The notes beneath the pieces are model-generated. The model ran no database searches, was not told where the DNA came from, and was given only the letters and a program-made list of their open reading frames with translations. Below, piece by piece: positions 23,001 through 31,526 of a stretch of 64,000 nt of DNA. Source of the stretch: an uncultured virus (IMG/VR IMGVR_UViG_3300042898_004326) (Duplodnaviria; Heunggongvirae; Uroviricota; Caudoviricetes). The position numbers were made by a program, and so were the translations under genes. The stretch lies in IMG/VR virus record IMGVR_UViG_3300042898_004326; one strand, written 5' to 3'. The number at the start of each line of letters is the position of its first letter. Position 1 is the first letter of the stretch.

Positions 23001-26000
23001 TATTGGTCGTGTATTGAAGCCAGGAGGGCAGGCATATGTTTCTGTTCGTGGTATCAAAGAAAGTGCTTTGATGGAATCACTTGCGGCTGCAAAAGGCGGT
23101 AAGAGTAAGAACGTATTCCTGTCAGATAGTGAGTACTATGTTCCTGGAACACAGGGAGATTATCAGAAAGGATTTTCTGAGGTGGAATTGCAAGCCTATG
23201 TACAGGATGTGCTTGGGTCTCAGTACGATGTACAAATCTCAAGAGAACCATTCTGGAAGAGTAATGCAAACGCACCTAAGGTAGTAATAACCAAAAAGGA
23301 AAAAGCAACCGGACCATTTAAGAGCAAATCTCAATTAGACTTTACTCAAATCAGACCTGAGTACGATGCTGTAATGAATCAGCAGTTCGGAACAAAGAAA
23401 GCTGCTTACAAGGCTTTGGTTGAAAAGGGTTATACGCCAAAACGTATCAAGGAAGCTATTGGTTTGTATGATTTTGATGAGAGTGCATTTAAGCAGGCAC
23501 AATCAGAAATTGCTGTCAATGCCATAAATGCTGTTGCACAGACATACAACGATCGCCAAGATGAAATCAAAGATATGATTAATCAAAACATTGGCGATAT
23601 GGAGTCAATTTATGGAGATTTGATTGATCAAGGTTACAGCAATCTTGAAATCTTTACTGCCGCTAGAGATTTGGACTTCTTGTCTCCCCAAGATTTGGTA
23701 GATATTTTTGGTGCTGAATACAGACAAACAGTAAAGAAAGCAATCAATGCAAGTACTCCATACCCTACAGATTTCTTGGATGAGTTGGAAGATGATGCAA
23801 GAACATTGAAAGTTTCCCAGAGGGCCGCAGACGTTGCTGATGTCGTTCGTGAGACTGGTCTTGGTCTTGTGGATAGTGCTGTTGCTATTGATGCGCTTTT
23901 GGAATATTTGAAAACGAATGGTTTCGATCAGATTGCAATCGCCTTAACTGAAGGAGTAAAACAATTTGCAAAAGACAGAGGTATTTTAGAAAAAACCGCT
24001 GATTGGGCAGATGCTGTTACTAGTGGTACTTTGGGTGATAAATTGTACAGCCCTGAGGCAATAAACTACGCATTTAGTGTTTCTTCTGAATTGTTTAGCC
24101 AAGCAGGTCGTATACTTCAATTGGCTCGTTATTTCAATGAGACAAACCAATTGGCGATGATTGAAAGACAATTGAGTGCTAGTGGTGTTGTTTTAACACA
24201 AATGCAGAAGCAAACCCTAGAGGCTTTGGTTAATGATTACAAAGCAGCACAGGATGACAACAAAGCAAAATTGAAAGCACTTGAAGAAGATTGGAGTGAT
24301 CAGGCTTGGGAAGCATTCAACGAAAGTGAGAAAGCAGTTGGTATGGCTACCATTCGTGTTGCTCAGTTCTTGGAGGCCCGTAAACCTATCTTCTGGAATG
24401 AAAGATTGACATCTGGTGCAGCGAGGGCTTTGTTGAATGTTGGAACAACGGTATTGAGTTTTGTTGCCAACGTAGAAAACAACATTTGGAGCACAAACTG
24501 GGCGGCTCGGACCATTCAAAAGTTTAGAGATGCTTTGGGTAGCGGTATCAAAGGCAATACTCTTAGTTTTTCCAATTGGAGAATGGCTCGTAAACTTACT
24601 AGCAAGCGTATGTGGTTCGATATGCACAACAATGCGAAGTTTGGTGTAATGGATACGACTCAGGGTATTAACAGATACTATGACAACTTGGCACAGGTTA
24701 ACTTCTTCCGGGATGTCAAGTGGAATTACAATTTCATGAAGGCTATGGTTAAGAAAGTTTTGAATAGAGACTTTGAATCCATGACTCCTGAAGAGCAAGC
24801 CGATGCATACGATTTGACCTTGGTGAAATTGAAAAGTGGTGATGTTGAATTGCGTGATGGTAAAACATACACCTTTGCTCGTAGTTTGGCTTGGAGTTTG
24901 GGCACAGGGCCAATATTGGCCGCTTCACGAGGCAATGCTTCATTGTTATTGAATACAGGCGGTCCTTTGTTCGCAGAGGCCACAGGTCGTATCATGTCTT
25001 ATGGAGGTGATATTGCTTTTGGTTATATGGCTGCTCAACGTGCGATGATTGACTACTTCCAGAATGTTCAAGGGACTCGTTTTCAGAATGGTATTTTTGA
25101 CTCCATGTTGAACGAGGCTGATGGCAAAATGGATGAGAAGACAATTCGTGCTCTAAGCGAAATTTTGCGTGCAGATGCTGAGTTGTATTCTCGCTTTGAA
25201 AAAGAAGGTCTAAAGCGTACTTTACTTGGTGATAATATCATCTCTGGAGGTATCTCCTTGCTAAGAGGAAAACTTCGTAAAAAAATCCGTACACTCTACA
25301 CCGAAAACAGAAAAGTAGTTGGTGGATCGACCATCGCTGAAGAACTTAGAAGAGAAGTGCTTACAGGTAGAGGTTTGATAAAAAATACTTTGCAGGTAGT
25401 TGATGTCGGGTTGTTTACTTTGATGCCCTTTACAAAAGTTCCTGTGAACTTTTTGGGATCTGCGATTGCAAAGACAGTACCTTTTCTTGCTGGTCCTAAA
25501 TACATCTTTGCAGAAGGATTGTATCAATTTAAGTATAATGAGTTCAACAAAAAATATCCTGGTATTCCACCCTTAACTACCGACAAGCAAAAAAGAGATT
25601 ACGAAAAGGCAAAAATTGATTTGTTTGCCGCCAAGAGACAGGCAACCTATGATTCCGCTCAGTTCGTAACTAGTTTGGCAATTTATGGTATTGCGATGTC
25701 TGCTGTAAAGGCAGGTGCAATCCTAACCGATGGAGGTGGCGATCCAGAAAAAGAAAAGGCTTTGAAGACATTTGGTCTCAGAGGAGGTTTATATAACGCA
25801 ACATTACATTGGGAGTATCTTACATCAGGTATGCCATCTAACTTCCTAGCTCGCAGAAAGGGTTTTGCAAAAGAAGGAGATGTGATGCTTAACACAAACA
25901 ACGCTGGTTTCTTAGGTTATGCAATGGGCTTGTATGCTAGTGTATATGACGGAGAACGTAAGCAAGAGGCAGATAATGTGATGAGTCTTTTTGATACGCA

Positions 26001-27078
26001 AAAATCTGCTCTTAGTATGCTTGCTACTACTGCTGTTAGTAGTGGTATTGAAAACTTGCCGATGTTCCAAGGTTTGGCCCGTATTGGTGAGTTGTTAAAT
26101 GATTTGAAAACGCCAGAGTCAAGTAAAAATGCTTGGAATAATTTTGCCTCTGGTACATTAAGTACTTCTACAGCAGTTTTCTTCCCATCGTTCTTCTCGC
26201 TTATGTCCAAGGGTAACGCTGAAATGGTACAGAGCGCTGGTGAAATAAACAAGCGTGCTGAAAACCCTAATTGGCCTTCTGTATATGGTGATGTGGCAGT
26301 TCGTGTCGTTCAAAAATTGAATCGTAATATTTCATTTAATGAAGCCACAAGAAATGAGTACTACAAAGCACAGATTGGACCATTTGGAGAGGATTTGTCG
26401 TATAAAGTGACTGTTGCAGAACCTGGCACAGCAGCAGCTTATATACAAGCATTTATTGATCCTTTTGCGATAAGAATGTTCTCTGCGCCTGCGAAAGAAA
26501 ATCAAAAGGAAATCCAAGCCTATAGAGAATCTGCTCAACTTTTTGGTGGCATGACAAACTTGGCTTTGATTTTCCAACACATGACAGGTCGTGACTTCGA
26601 ATGGAAGCCAGATGGTAAAACTTCAAGTTTCTTTGGTATTATTACTAACCCTATGAAAAACCAATTCTCATACTCAAATTCTGCAAAGAATGTTGGTGGT
26701 TTGGATGAGGAAAATACTTACAAGTTATTTGACTATAATTTGCCTAATGATTTGTATCGCCAAGAGTTGAAGTTACGAGGTGAAGAGTTCCGCAAAGCGA
26801 TGAGAAAATATATTGGTAAGTTTGAAACAACTACGGCTCAGGTAAAAACTGCTGTAGAAGACGATGATTTGGAAAGAGCCAAAAGATTGATTACGGATGT
26901 GTTCGAAGAGTATCAGAGCACTTTGGCCGAAGCACAAAAAGATTATCTGTTAAACTACCAGACCAATAGAGAGAAGCAATATCTTAGCACTATGAACAAT
27001 AGAAAGTTGTTTACTGAGAAAGAAAAAGAGATAATGAAGAAGAATGGCTTCATGAATGAAGAGGGTTTGATTCCATAA
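17095..27078 (+). CDS. Giant polyvalent virion cargo protein with a zincin metallopeptidase and a class I SAM methyltransferase domain
   Basis: 3327 aa; VAHEVGHAL (His codon at 20716) with downstream SEEFLVE; ILDAGAGLG (22753) and DILVNNAVLNVV...LKPGG methyltransferase motifs; PFTKVPVN in the C-terminal region as in internal virion proteins. Confidence 0.75.
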   Translation: MAQNIDEVYSDLVQDERFKSLYPTQSDFVQYLENEPTADADIEELFGIRSASEYLKKKDQSIIQNLGEENSFSQSPLVGQTEPVSQEPQAMVEQPQQGGDQNLGGVEDPYGLQALGLPPLGYGKSAEGGPQPTKKVDPAVAQYVGSLDLLVKEARGKGDITALTNVLKTIGQFQLDPKYSQYVKQGQLKNQYDQLNSVIADIYAKKPMAFSDKQFQEGLTKMGLMNPVGAKPQVLETARKENSPTMFPKQPGAPFIQKPIQQLIDEISTPEPLDQKSKAVISYLSSYDEEKNAFDYDIQLLMGNNQNPGYEMSSTLKADYLTSQEQTFDKTFQADVNNMLGDAIYNLPNNFFDNDAIIKKSVEVIDGKTGNVRTVTENKVNPNRKLTTDYGIYMLDDAGNPKVNPIYLDRYVERMMTLPSGIVTPQVVDAFNMKRKASGLDEYTKEDIVKIIKPRVLRLATISAQQNLENSIVEQRLAKINVFEDEVEKVNRDLDYDVKMLVSNSQKLINNYQIEIVESSKEEVDVLTSKLQKTNEQLYNEYTISAQNTASPELKNAAYQTYLQRVSENSSMYEEQLSAIRKNSENTFKDYALKIEGDAKVELDGIKKKYGVVADANEEGKLTTAAYRKYVEAYKDQYNQYKTQEQVNSNAMGWRLTDILQSGSARVFGNAIQALNAAVGYEDNPLTDLMKYMDFVQTKSEVAIKPFSQVLDDEGLFSVQALKTAVQSTVQQGPNLGMGIAATALSGNPFIGGSLMWGSETIDQVGQNYRDVFARTGSVLQAENAAAETLQTQILIAPVYTVSMLPFTKGFLSKLARGGNALGFAKKFGYGLALEAGEEIPVEITQNYLSYKFGTDTPEKFATWLSKNGGNTALDVLPSIAVLGGGSAGMETYSERMTEQAKGRVLATLGRLGMSQTVADAIQVIGEGGVNILPEYLYRTQQIDINELKDMKRAFGEVVKALPQAQELIRDQDAQKYYVTLASRKAEVQRKLEETQDESYKEKLTETIKSIDKKMTDMAVGKPQQLTKITFKDGGSVVLADDEMAIFLNNKNFLNDVADGTTQVTTQDSNINRIVEEKKKQLEVEIEEATDKGAKVLNAAQTKAKQRGATVKDGNKLNAVAQKARQNGQKNVDSILNEATVLQSALTELAPGASIVFLNNDEYLQTMDEVDGKENSVGNFTYKKNDDGTYSIEIQINLDRAVSTTVAHEVGHALLLRTLGMDPKLFDTMRAQLKNVIASKIDNRVLADIDKLISDYSSVGQSEEFLVELGSIMVLNQKKLEISIIEKIAKVISDFIARITGGKVQLFDKISTRVDFVNFMNGMVETLSTGQLAKPIKDKINAVQEQTAGQVPVQSETGVGQEMVEGKPKAESQGITEEGKNQEEVIVDAVENPLTTEDVEGREIEPGYEVFDQPIVVDASKGRTNRKPFRSKASIKRDFTISDNDFADVDAIEGKTMVGFMGDVQITGSVTTPTGLTLSGFGGPNYPAQANRNLEKDADGYFVGKAAVWSSTFEDSTGKLMKRMQDAEGALIGAQQNTGILGNRLMLRYFGEELKTASEKINSEETIVNFINEKIKTQFKKDKNTGVTSTFSEGLGGVESFSSIEEFVDYLDPYFTSDQFVAKYPNSNNIVQKGDKKVTLLESKNTKKDRRIVPYELRGALFVKMFNIDSHKKFGLPSIVPGKGYTYDKTVLEYANDTMFGEAGYGDFVGFVEFDPTTLKLEKVDQSSDFFNPSYEWVITAEKVRFKYFNEFVDGRALFYDNTSASKEANQTPFGLRPKAAAARAIMGSQPITTIEADKVKERQKGFGSKSQLTAPSSDKWSSSLTQAQVDAKLAETGVRTKTENDRLLQETQKGNETQRNNISTYSSFVNGIISKYGKENLASKNILDAGAGLGIGAKAATQAGIANSYKTFEPFPSISDGKWEKFSGTQQPNFTDFAAIENNSQDILVNNAVLNVVPADIRQSIVENIGRVLKPGGQAYVSVRGIKESALMESLAAAKGGKSKNVFLSDSEYYVPGTQGDYQKGFSEVELQAYVQDVLGSQYDVQISREPFWKSNANAPKVVITKKEKATGPFKSKSQLDFTQIRPEYDAVMNQQFGTKKAAYKALVEKGYTPKRIKEAIGLYDFDESAFKQAQSEIAVNAINAVAQTYNDRQDEIKDMINQNIGDMESIYGDLIDQGYSNLEIFTAARDLDFLSPQDLVDIFGAEYRQTVKKAINASTPYPTDFLDELEDDARTLKVSQRAADVADVVRETGLGLVDSAVAIDALLEYLKTNGFDQIAIALTEGVKQFAKDRGILEKTADWADAVTSGTLGDKLYSPEAINYAFSVSSELFSQAGRILQLARYFNETNQLAMIERQLSASGVVLTQMQKQTLEALVNDYKAAQDDNKAKLKALEEDWSDQAWEAFNESEKAVGMATIRVAQFLEARKPIFWNERLTSGAARALLNVGTTVLSFVANVENNIWSTNWAARTIQKFRDALGSGIKGNTLSFSNWRMARKLTSKRMWFDMHNNAKFGVMDTTQGINRYYDNLAQVNFFRDVKWNYNFMKAMVKKVLNRDFESMTPEEQADAYDLTLVKLKSGDVELRDGKTYTFARSLAWSLGTGPILAASRGNASLLLNTGGPLFAEATGRIMSYGGDIAFGYMAAQRAMIDYFQNVQGTRFQNGIFDSMLNEADGKMDEKTIRALSEILRADAELYSRFEKEGLKRTLLGDNIISGGISLLRGKLRKKIRTLYTENRKVVGGSTIAEELRREVLTGRGLIKNTLQVVDVGLFTLMPFTKVPVNFLGSAIAKTVPFLAGPKYIFAEGLYQFKYNEFNKKYPGIPPLTTDKQKRDYEKAKIDLFAAKRQATYDSAQFVTSLAIYGIAMSAVKAGAILTDGGGDPEKEKALKTFGLRGGLYNATLHWEYLTSGMPSNFLARRKGFAKEGDVMLNTNNAGFLGYAMGLYASVYDGERKQEADNVMSLFDTQKSALSMLATTAVSSGIENLPMFQGLARIGELLNDLKTPESSKNAWNNFASGTLSTSTAVFFPSFFSLMSKGNAEMVQSAGEINKRAENPNWPSVYGDVAVRVVQKLNRNISFNEATRNEYYKAQIGPFGEDLSYKVTVAEPGTAAAYIQAFIDPFAIRMFSAPAKENQKEIQAYRESAQLFGGMTNLALIFQHMTGRDFEWKPDGKTSSFFGIITNPMKNQFSYSNSAKNVGGLDEENTYKLFDYNLPNDLYRQELKLRGEEFRKAMRKYIGKFETTTAQVKTAVEDDDLERAKRLITDVFEEYQSTLAEAQKDYLLNYQTNREKQYLSTMNNRKLFTEKEKEIMKKNGFMNEEGLIP
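21116..21250 (+). CDS. Overprinted small basic protein in the +1 frame of the giant gene
   Basis: MPFKSKQQVKYLYSQKPELAKKWSKENPKQNLKVLPKKVKTKKK*; ATG preceded by A-rich AAAAGATAAAATAA; TAA stop at 21248-21250. Confidence 0.65.
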   Translation: MPFKSKQQVKYLYSQKPELAKKWSKENPKQNLKVLPKKVKTKKK

Positions 27079-27100
27079 AAAAATTTCGTAACTTTGATAT

Positions 27101-27667
27101 ATGCCACTCGAAATAAAAATAGGTATTATTAACAATGATGACAATATCATCATTAGTGAGGATACCGGTAACTACAATGCAATAAGTAATCTTGGTGGTT
27201 GGGGAGCACCTAATTCTGCTTATACTAATCCACCTGTTACAGCAATTGCGGTAGATATATATTTACCGGGTACAATTACGACTATTGGTTCTTCTGCTCT
27301 TTTGGGCACAACCTTTTTTACTACAACCGATAGGGCTTATAATCTCTTTACTGATCCATCTGCTGTGGTTCCCACATTTGCATTGCAGGATGGGGTTTGG
27401 AAGTTTGTCGTTACGTACACCATTAGCGGAGCACCCGTTGTGGTTACAAAGTATGCACTTCGTACAAATGTTATTCGTTGTTCAATTGGCAAATTGGCCC
27501 TTGGAAATATGGATATGAATAATTTCGAAGAGGCAAAACTTTTGTACGATAAAATGGTTCAAGCATTTGAATGTGAAGACTATACCTTGGCTCAAGAGTT
27601 ATACGAAGAGATAAATTATTTCTTTACTGATTGTTCTCCATATTCAATTAATTCTTGTGGTTGCTAA
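27101..27667 (+). CDS. Virion structural protein (tail hub-like)
   Basis: TAACTTTG box; DTGNY...GGWGAPN, DGVWKF and terminal CGC. Confidence 0.5.
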   Translation: MPLEIKIGIINNDDNIIISEDTGNYNAISNLGGWGAPNSAYTNPPVTAIAVDIYLPGTITTIGSSALLGTTFFTTTDRAYNLFTDPSAVVPTFALQDGVWKFVVTYTISGAPVVVTKYALRTNVIRCSIGKLALGNMDMNNFEEAKLLYDKMVQAFECEDYTLAQELYEEINYFFTDCSPYSINSCGC

Positions 27668-28053
27668 TGACTTTTACAACTCTATATAGTTACATTGGAA
27701 CTTACCTTGCGGTGAGAAAAGCTATTGTTGCTAATGAGAATGTCATAAATAACTCAAAAAAGTACGACAAGCCCTGCTGCGAAAAAGAGAAAAATCAAAA
27801 GAAAGGTTTGTTTATTCTGTGGTGTTTGGAGAACATCAATTGCTACGCTGACGATACAGATAAATTTATTTCTGTGGCGAATCGATGGGCTAAAAACTGC
27901 GGAGATTGCTCTGTAAGTCAAACCGAAATTGATAATTTTCTCAACACAGAAAAGGGAGAAGAACTGATTTATATTTCAAACTTGAGCGGCTACATTTATA
28001 CACAAAATGGAGTTTGGCTTTTACAACAAAACGGATTTCAAATAATACAATAA
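27667..28053 (+). CDS. Cys-rich structural protein
   Basis: ATG 27667 coupled by TAATG; ends YIYTQNGVWLLQQNG, a fibre-attachment-like motif. Confidence 0.45.
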   Translation: MTFTTLYSYIGTYLAVRKAIVANENVINNSKKYDKPCCEKEKNQKKGLFILWCLENINCYADDTDKFISVANRWAKNCGDCSVSQTEIDNFLNTEKGEELIYISNLSGYIYTQNGVWLLQQNGFQIIQ

Positions 28054-29036
28054 TGGCATTTTCACCTAAAAGAATTTCAGAACTCGATTCGCTTACTTCA
28101 GTTGCCTCAGGTGACTTAGTTCCGATTGTAGACATTTCAGATACTGCTGCTGGTGTAACCAAGCAGGCTAGTGTTACAAATTTGGCGGCTGCCGTTATTG
28201 TGGCTGGTAATATTACAACTCAAGGCAATACCTTTAATGGTGCTAGTCAATTAGTTCAGTTGAACGCTAGCACGCAATTGCCTGCAATTAGCGGTGCTTT
28301 GTTGACCACTTTAAACGCATCTAACATTGCATCAGGAACTATTGCGGATGCTCGTTTGAGTAGTCAGGTTACAGTTCAAGGAAACACATTCAATGGTGCG
28401 TCTCAATTGGTGCAGATGAATGCTAGTACTCAATTACCCGCTGTAAGTGGTATTAACTTGACTGCTTTGAATGCCTCAAACATTGCAAGTGGAACTTTGG
28501 CAGATGCTCGTTTGAGTTCTCAAGTTACTGTTCAAGGAAATACTTTCAATGGTGCTAACCAACTAGTTCAAATGAACGGAACTACTCAGTTGCCTGCTGT
28601 AAGTGGTATTAACTTGACCGCTTTGAATGCAAGTAATTTGGGCTCAGGTACAGTTCCTGACGCTCGTTTATCTGCTAGTGTTGAATTGAAAACCAAGACT
28701 GTTACAGCGATTGGTAGTTCGGGTATCAGACCTTTAGTTACAGCAGATGCCGATACTTATTTATTAGTAACTCATCCAAGTGGAGTAGTTACAATTACTT
28801 GTCCAAATAACCCAGCATTTACAGCAGGACAAAGTGTTACGATTGTGTACAATACTACAAACTCTATTACTTTTGCTGCTGATACTTCTGTAACTGTTTA
28901 CTATATAAACGCTGCTGGTTTGGCACAAACAATTGCTTCAAGTGCTCAATATACACCAAGTGCTCAACGTGGAAGAGTAGTGAAGATTCATTGCGTTGCA
29001 GCAAACACTTATTTCTTAGAAGGAGCGTCATTATAA
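28053..29036 (+). CDS. Tail fibre-like protein with three 52-aa repeats
   Basis: KRISELDS...GDLVPIVD N-terminus; QGNTFNGASQLVQ...DARLSSQVTV three times. Confidence 0.7.
   Translation: MAFSPKRISELDSLTSVASGDLVPIVDISDTAAGVTKQASVTNLAAAVIVAGNITTQGNTFNGASQLVQLNASTQLPAISGALLTTLNASNIASGTIADARLSSQVTVQGNTFNGASQLVQMNASTQLPAVSGINLTALNASNIASGTLADARLSSQVTVQGNTFNGANQLVQMNGTTQLPAVSGINLTALNASNLGSGTVPDARLSASVELKTKTVTAIGSSGIRPLVTADADTYLLVTHPSGVVTITCPNNPAFTAGQSVTIVYNTTNSITFAADTSVTVYYINAAGLAQTIASSAQYTPSAQRGRVVKIHCVAANTYFLEGASL
28219..28680 (+). repeat. Three intragenic repeats of about 156 bp
   Basis: Repeat units start near 28219, 28374 and 28530 and have diverged at synonymous sites. Confidence 0.8.
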
Positions 29037-29620
29037 TGTTTACAAGAGAACAAATTGAAAAGGCTGTAAAGGCCAAAGGGTACAAGTACTTCGAGAATGG
29101 CGATTACAATATGAACGTAATCGGTATTCGCAATAGTGCCCCCGGTAAGAAAGTTACCAATGTGTTTGACGATTGGCTTTGTATTTCTTTTAAAGATAAC
29201 GGAGTATGGCAGTTCTTTATTTGGAGTGCTACAACCGATCCTGGAAAAGCACCCATGGCTGAGGGAAACAATGGTACGGGTACTGCTCGCATCGTTCCTG
29301 GTCAGTATCCTGGGTCTCACATGATTCGTTTACATCAAGGCAAATACGAGGCTTTGGGACAGAAAGCCAATGTGAAAGTTTATCGTGATGCCAATAAGGA
29401 TATGAATTATGATGAGAGCAAAATCACAGAAGGTGTTTACGGAATCAATATCCATAAGGCTGGTCAAGACTCTACTTGGGTAGAGCATTGGTCTCACGGA
29501 TGTACTGTATTCAAGCGAGTGAAAGACTTTGATGTGTTTATGCAGCATTGTAAGAAGGCCGCCAAGTTGCAAGGAAATTCATTTACCTATACCGTAATCG
29601 AAAGTAAAGACATTATTTAA
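29036..29620 (+). CDS. Putative endolysin, L,D-transpeptidase (YkuD)-like
   Basis: NVIGIRN...FDD...TTDPG...GINIHKA...WSHGCTV gives an HxxxS.GC catalytic pattern. Confidence 0.65.
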   Translation: MFTREQIEKAVKAKGYKYFENGDYNMNVIGIRNSAPGKKVTNVFDDWLCISFKDNGVWQFFIWSATTDPGKAPMAEGNNGTGTARIVPGQYPGSHMIRLHQGKYEALGQKANVKVYRDANKDMNYDESKITEGVYGINIHKAGQDSTWVEHWSHGCTVFKRVKDFDVFMQHCKKAAKLQGNSFTYTVIESKDII

Positions 29621-31521
29621 TGGCTTTTGAAATTACGAGGCAAGAGATATTAAAGCAAGCGATAGAGTTAAAAAAACTCTACGACTCTACTCGTATTCAG
29701 AGTTATAAAGACCAAGAGTTACGCTTAAGGCGTATTGTAGTTGAGTTAGATACTCTTACGCTTGGGGCCTCAGATTTAAATAGTCTGACTGATGTCACGA
29801 TAAGTGCTCCTGCCAATGCACAAGTACTAGCTTACAACTCAACTACAAGTCAATGGGAGAATCAAACTCCTAGTCCTGGTGGTGGTGGGGATATGCTCAA
29901 ATCGACTTATGATGTCGATAACGATGGCATTGTAGACGGCTCTGAGACCACTCAGATTATAGTAAGAAACTCTACGGGAACTACTTTAACTAAAGGTACA
30001 GTAGTTTACTTGAGCGGAGCAACAGGAAATAGACCTAACGCTGTAAGAGCACAGGCTAATACCGAAGCCACTTCTTCTAAAACTATAGGTATAGTTGTAG
30101 CAAACATCAGTAATAACTCTGATGGCTTTGTTGCAGTAAATGGAACTCTTCACAACTTAGACACTTCGGCATTTACGGCTGGAGATGCTGTTTGGTTATC
30201 TGCCGCTACAGCAGGGGCATTTACAAGCACAATTCCAGCAGAACCCAATCATACAGTATTTATCGGGTATATTGCTCGGTCTCACCCCACCCAAGGTCGT
30301 ATAGTTATCTTAATTCAGAACGGCTATGAGTTAAACGAGTTGCACGGGGTGCTTATTTCTTCTGAGGCCAATAACGATCTTCTAGTCTATGAAACTTCAA
30401 CTACTCTTTGGAAGAACAAAAGCATATCTACCATCTTCGGAGGTACGCCTTTGGTCTCAGTACCTACCCTAGCACAAGTAACCACAGCAGGAAACACCAC
30501 TACCAATGCGATTACTGTAGGTCGACTTACAACAAACCAAAGTGTAACCGCAAGCGGTGCAATTGCAAGAGGAGTATACTTTAACAATACACTTGTAGCA
30601 GCAGCAAACAATGATGTATTAGTAGGATTAGACATCAATCCTACCTTTACGAATGGTGCGTTTACGGGGGTTACGAATGTTGCTTTAAGAACTCAGACAG
30701 GAAATGTATTACTAGCCACAACTAGTGGTAATGTAAGTATCGGTACAACACTATTACCAGCCAAGTTAACTGTATCGACTTCTTCGACAACAACAGCATT
30801 TTCTGCAACAACTGTTGGTAATTCGAATTGGAATCCGATTGCTACTTTTAATAACACACCTGCAAGCAATACACCTTTTGGGCTTCAAATTCAAGCGTAT
30901 AGCGATGCAAGTAATAGGATTATCAAAATTGTTGGGGATAACACAACTAATATTTACTTACCGAATGACATTACTGCAAATAATTGGAATTTATTTAATT
31001 GTTACTATAATAATTATTGGACAGATGCTACCTTTTATTTAAGAAATACTACTGGGGGATTAGGAGCTTTTAGATTTACCTCTATTGTTACAGGTACATT
31101 AATGTCAATTGTAGAAAATGGCAATGTACTTATAGGTACTACTACCAATGCTGGGTATAAGTTAGATGTTAATGGGACTGCACGTGTACAAGGAGCATTT
31201 ACTGCAACCCTAGCCAACGTATCTACTGCCAACGTAGTCTATTACAACTCTTCAACAGGATTGATGACCTATGGAACTGCTCCCGTTGGGGCTCAGTTCA
31301 AAATAGATTACGATCCAAATATAACAGGAACAAGAAATGGAGTCAACTTACTTTTTACAACTAGTTCAACCTTTATTGCCACCACAACAAGAGTTTTCCT
31401 CAATGGTCAGAGATTAACTCGTGGAGCAACATACGATTACGTAGAGACAGGAACAAACCAAATCACATTTGCGGCTGCTCCTTTACCTACAGACCAATTA
31501 ATAATCGAATATCAAATCTAA
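29620..31521 (+). CDS. Tail fibre protein
   Basis: DLNSLTDVTI, GDMLKSTYD, PTLAQVTTAGN and GNVLIGTTT...KLDVNG fibre motifs. Confidence 0.75.
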   Translation: MAFEITRQEILKQAIELKKLYDSTRIQSYKDQELRLRRIVVELDTLTLGASDLNSLTDVTISAPANAQVLAYNSTTSQWENQTPSPGGGGDMLKSTYDVDNDGIVDGSETTQIIVRNSTGTTLTKGTVVYLSGATGNRPNAVRAQANTEATSSKTIGIVVANISNNSDGFVAVNGTLHNLDTSAFTAGDAVWLSAATAGAFTSTIPAEPNHTVFIGYIARSHPTQGRIVILIQNGYELNELHGVLISSEANNDLLVYETSTTLWKNKSISTIFGGTPLVSVPTLAQVTTAGNTTTNAITVGRLTTNQSVTASGAIARGVYFNNTLVAAANNDVLVGLDINPTFTNGAFTGVTNVALRTQTGNVLLATTSGNVSIGTTLLPAKLTVSTSSTTTAFSATTVGNSNWNPIATFNNTPASNTPFGLQIQAYSDASNRIIKIVGDNTTNIYLPNDITANNWNLFNCYYNNYWTDATFYLRNTTGGLGAFRFTSIVTGTLMSIVENGNVLIGTTTNAGYKLDVNGTARVQGAFTATLANVSTANVVYYNSSTGLMTYGTAPVGAQFKIDYDPNITGTRNGVNLLFTTSSTFIATTTRVFLNGQRLTRGATYDYVETGTNQITFAAAPLPTDQLIIEYQI

Positions 31522-31526
31522 ATATT

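Noticed and set aside
24217..24798. 193-aa antisense ORF in the giant gene and other antisense ORFs in the track
   Set aside because: Shadow frames of biased coding sequence with no promoter or motifs
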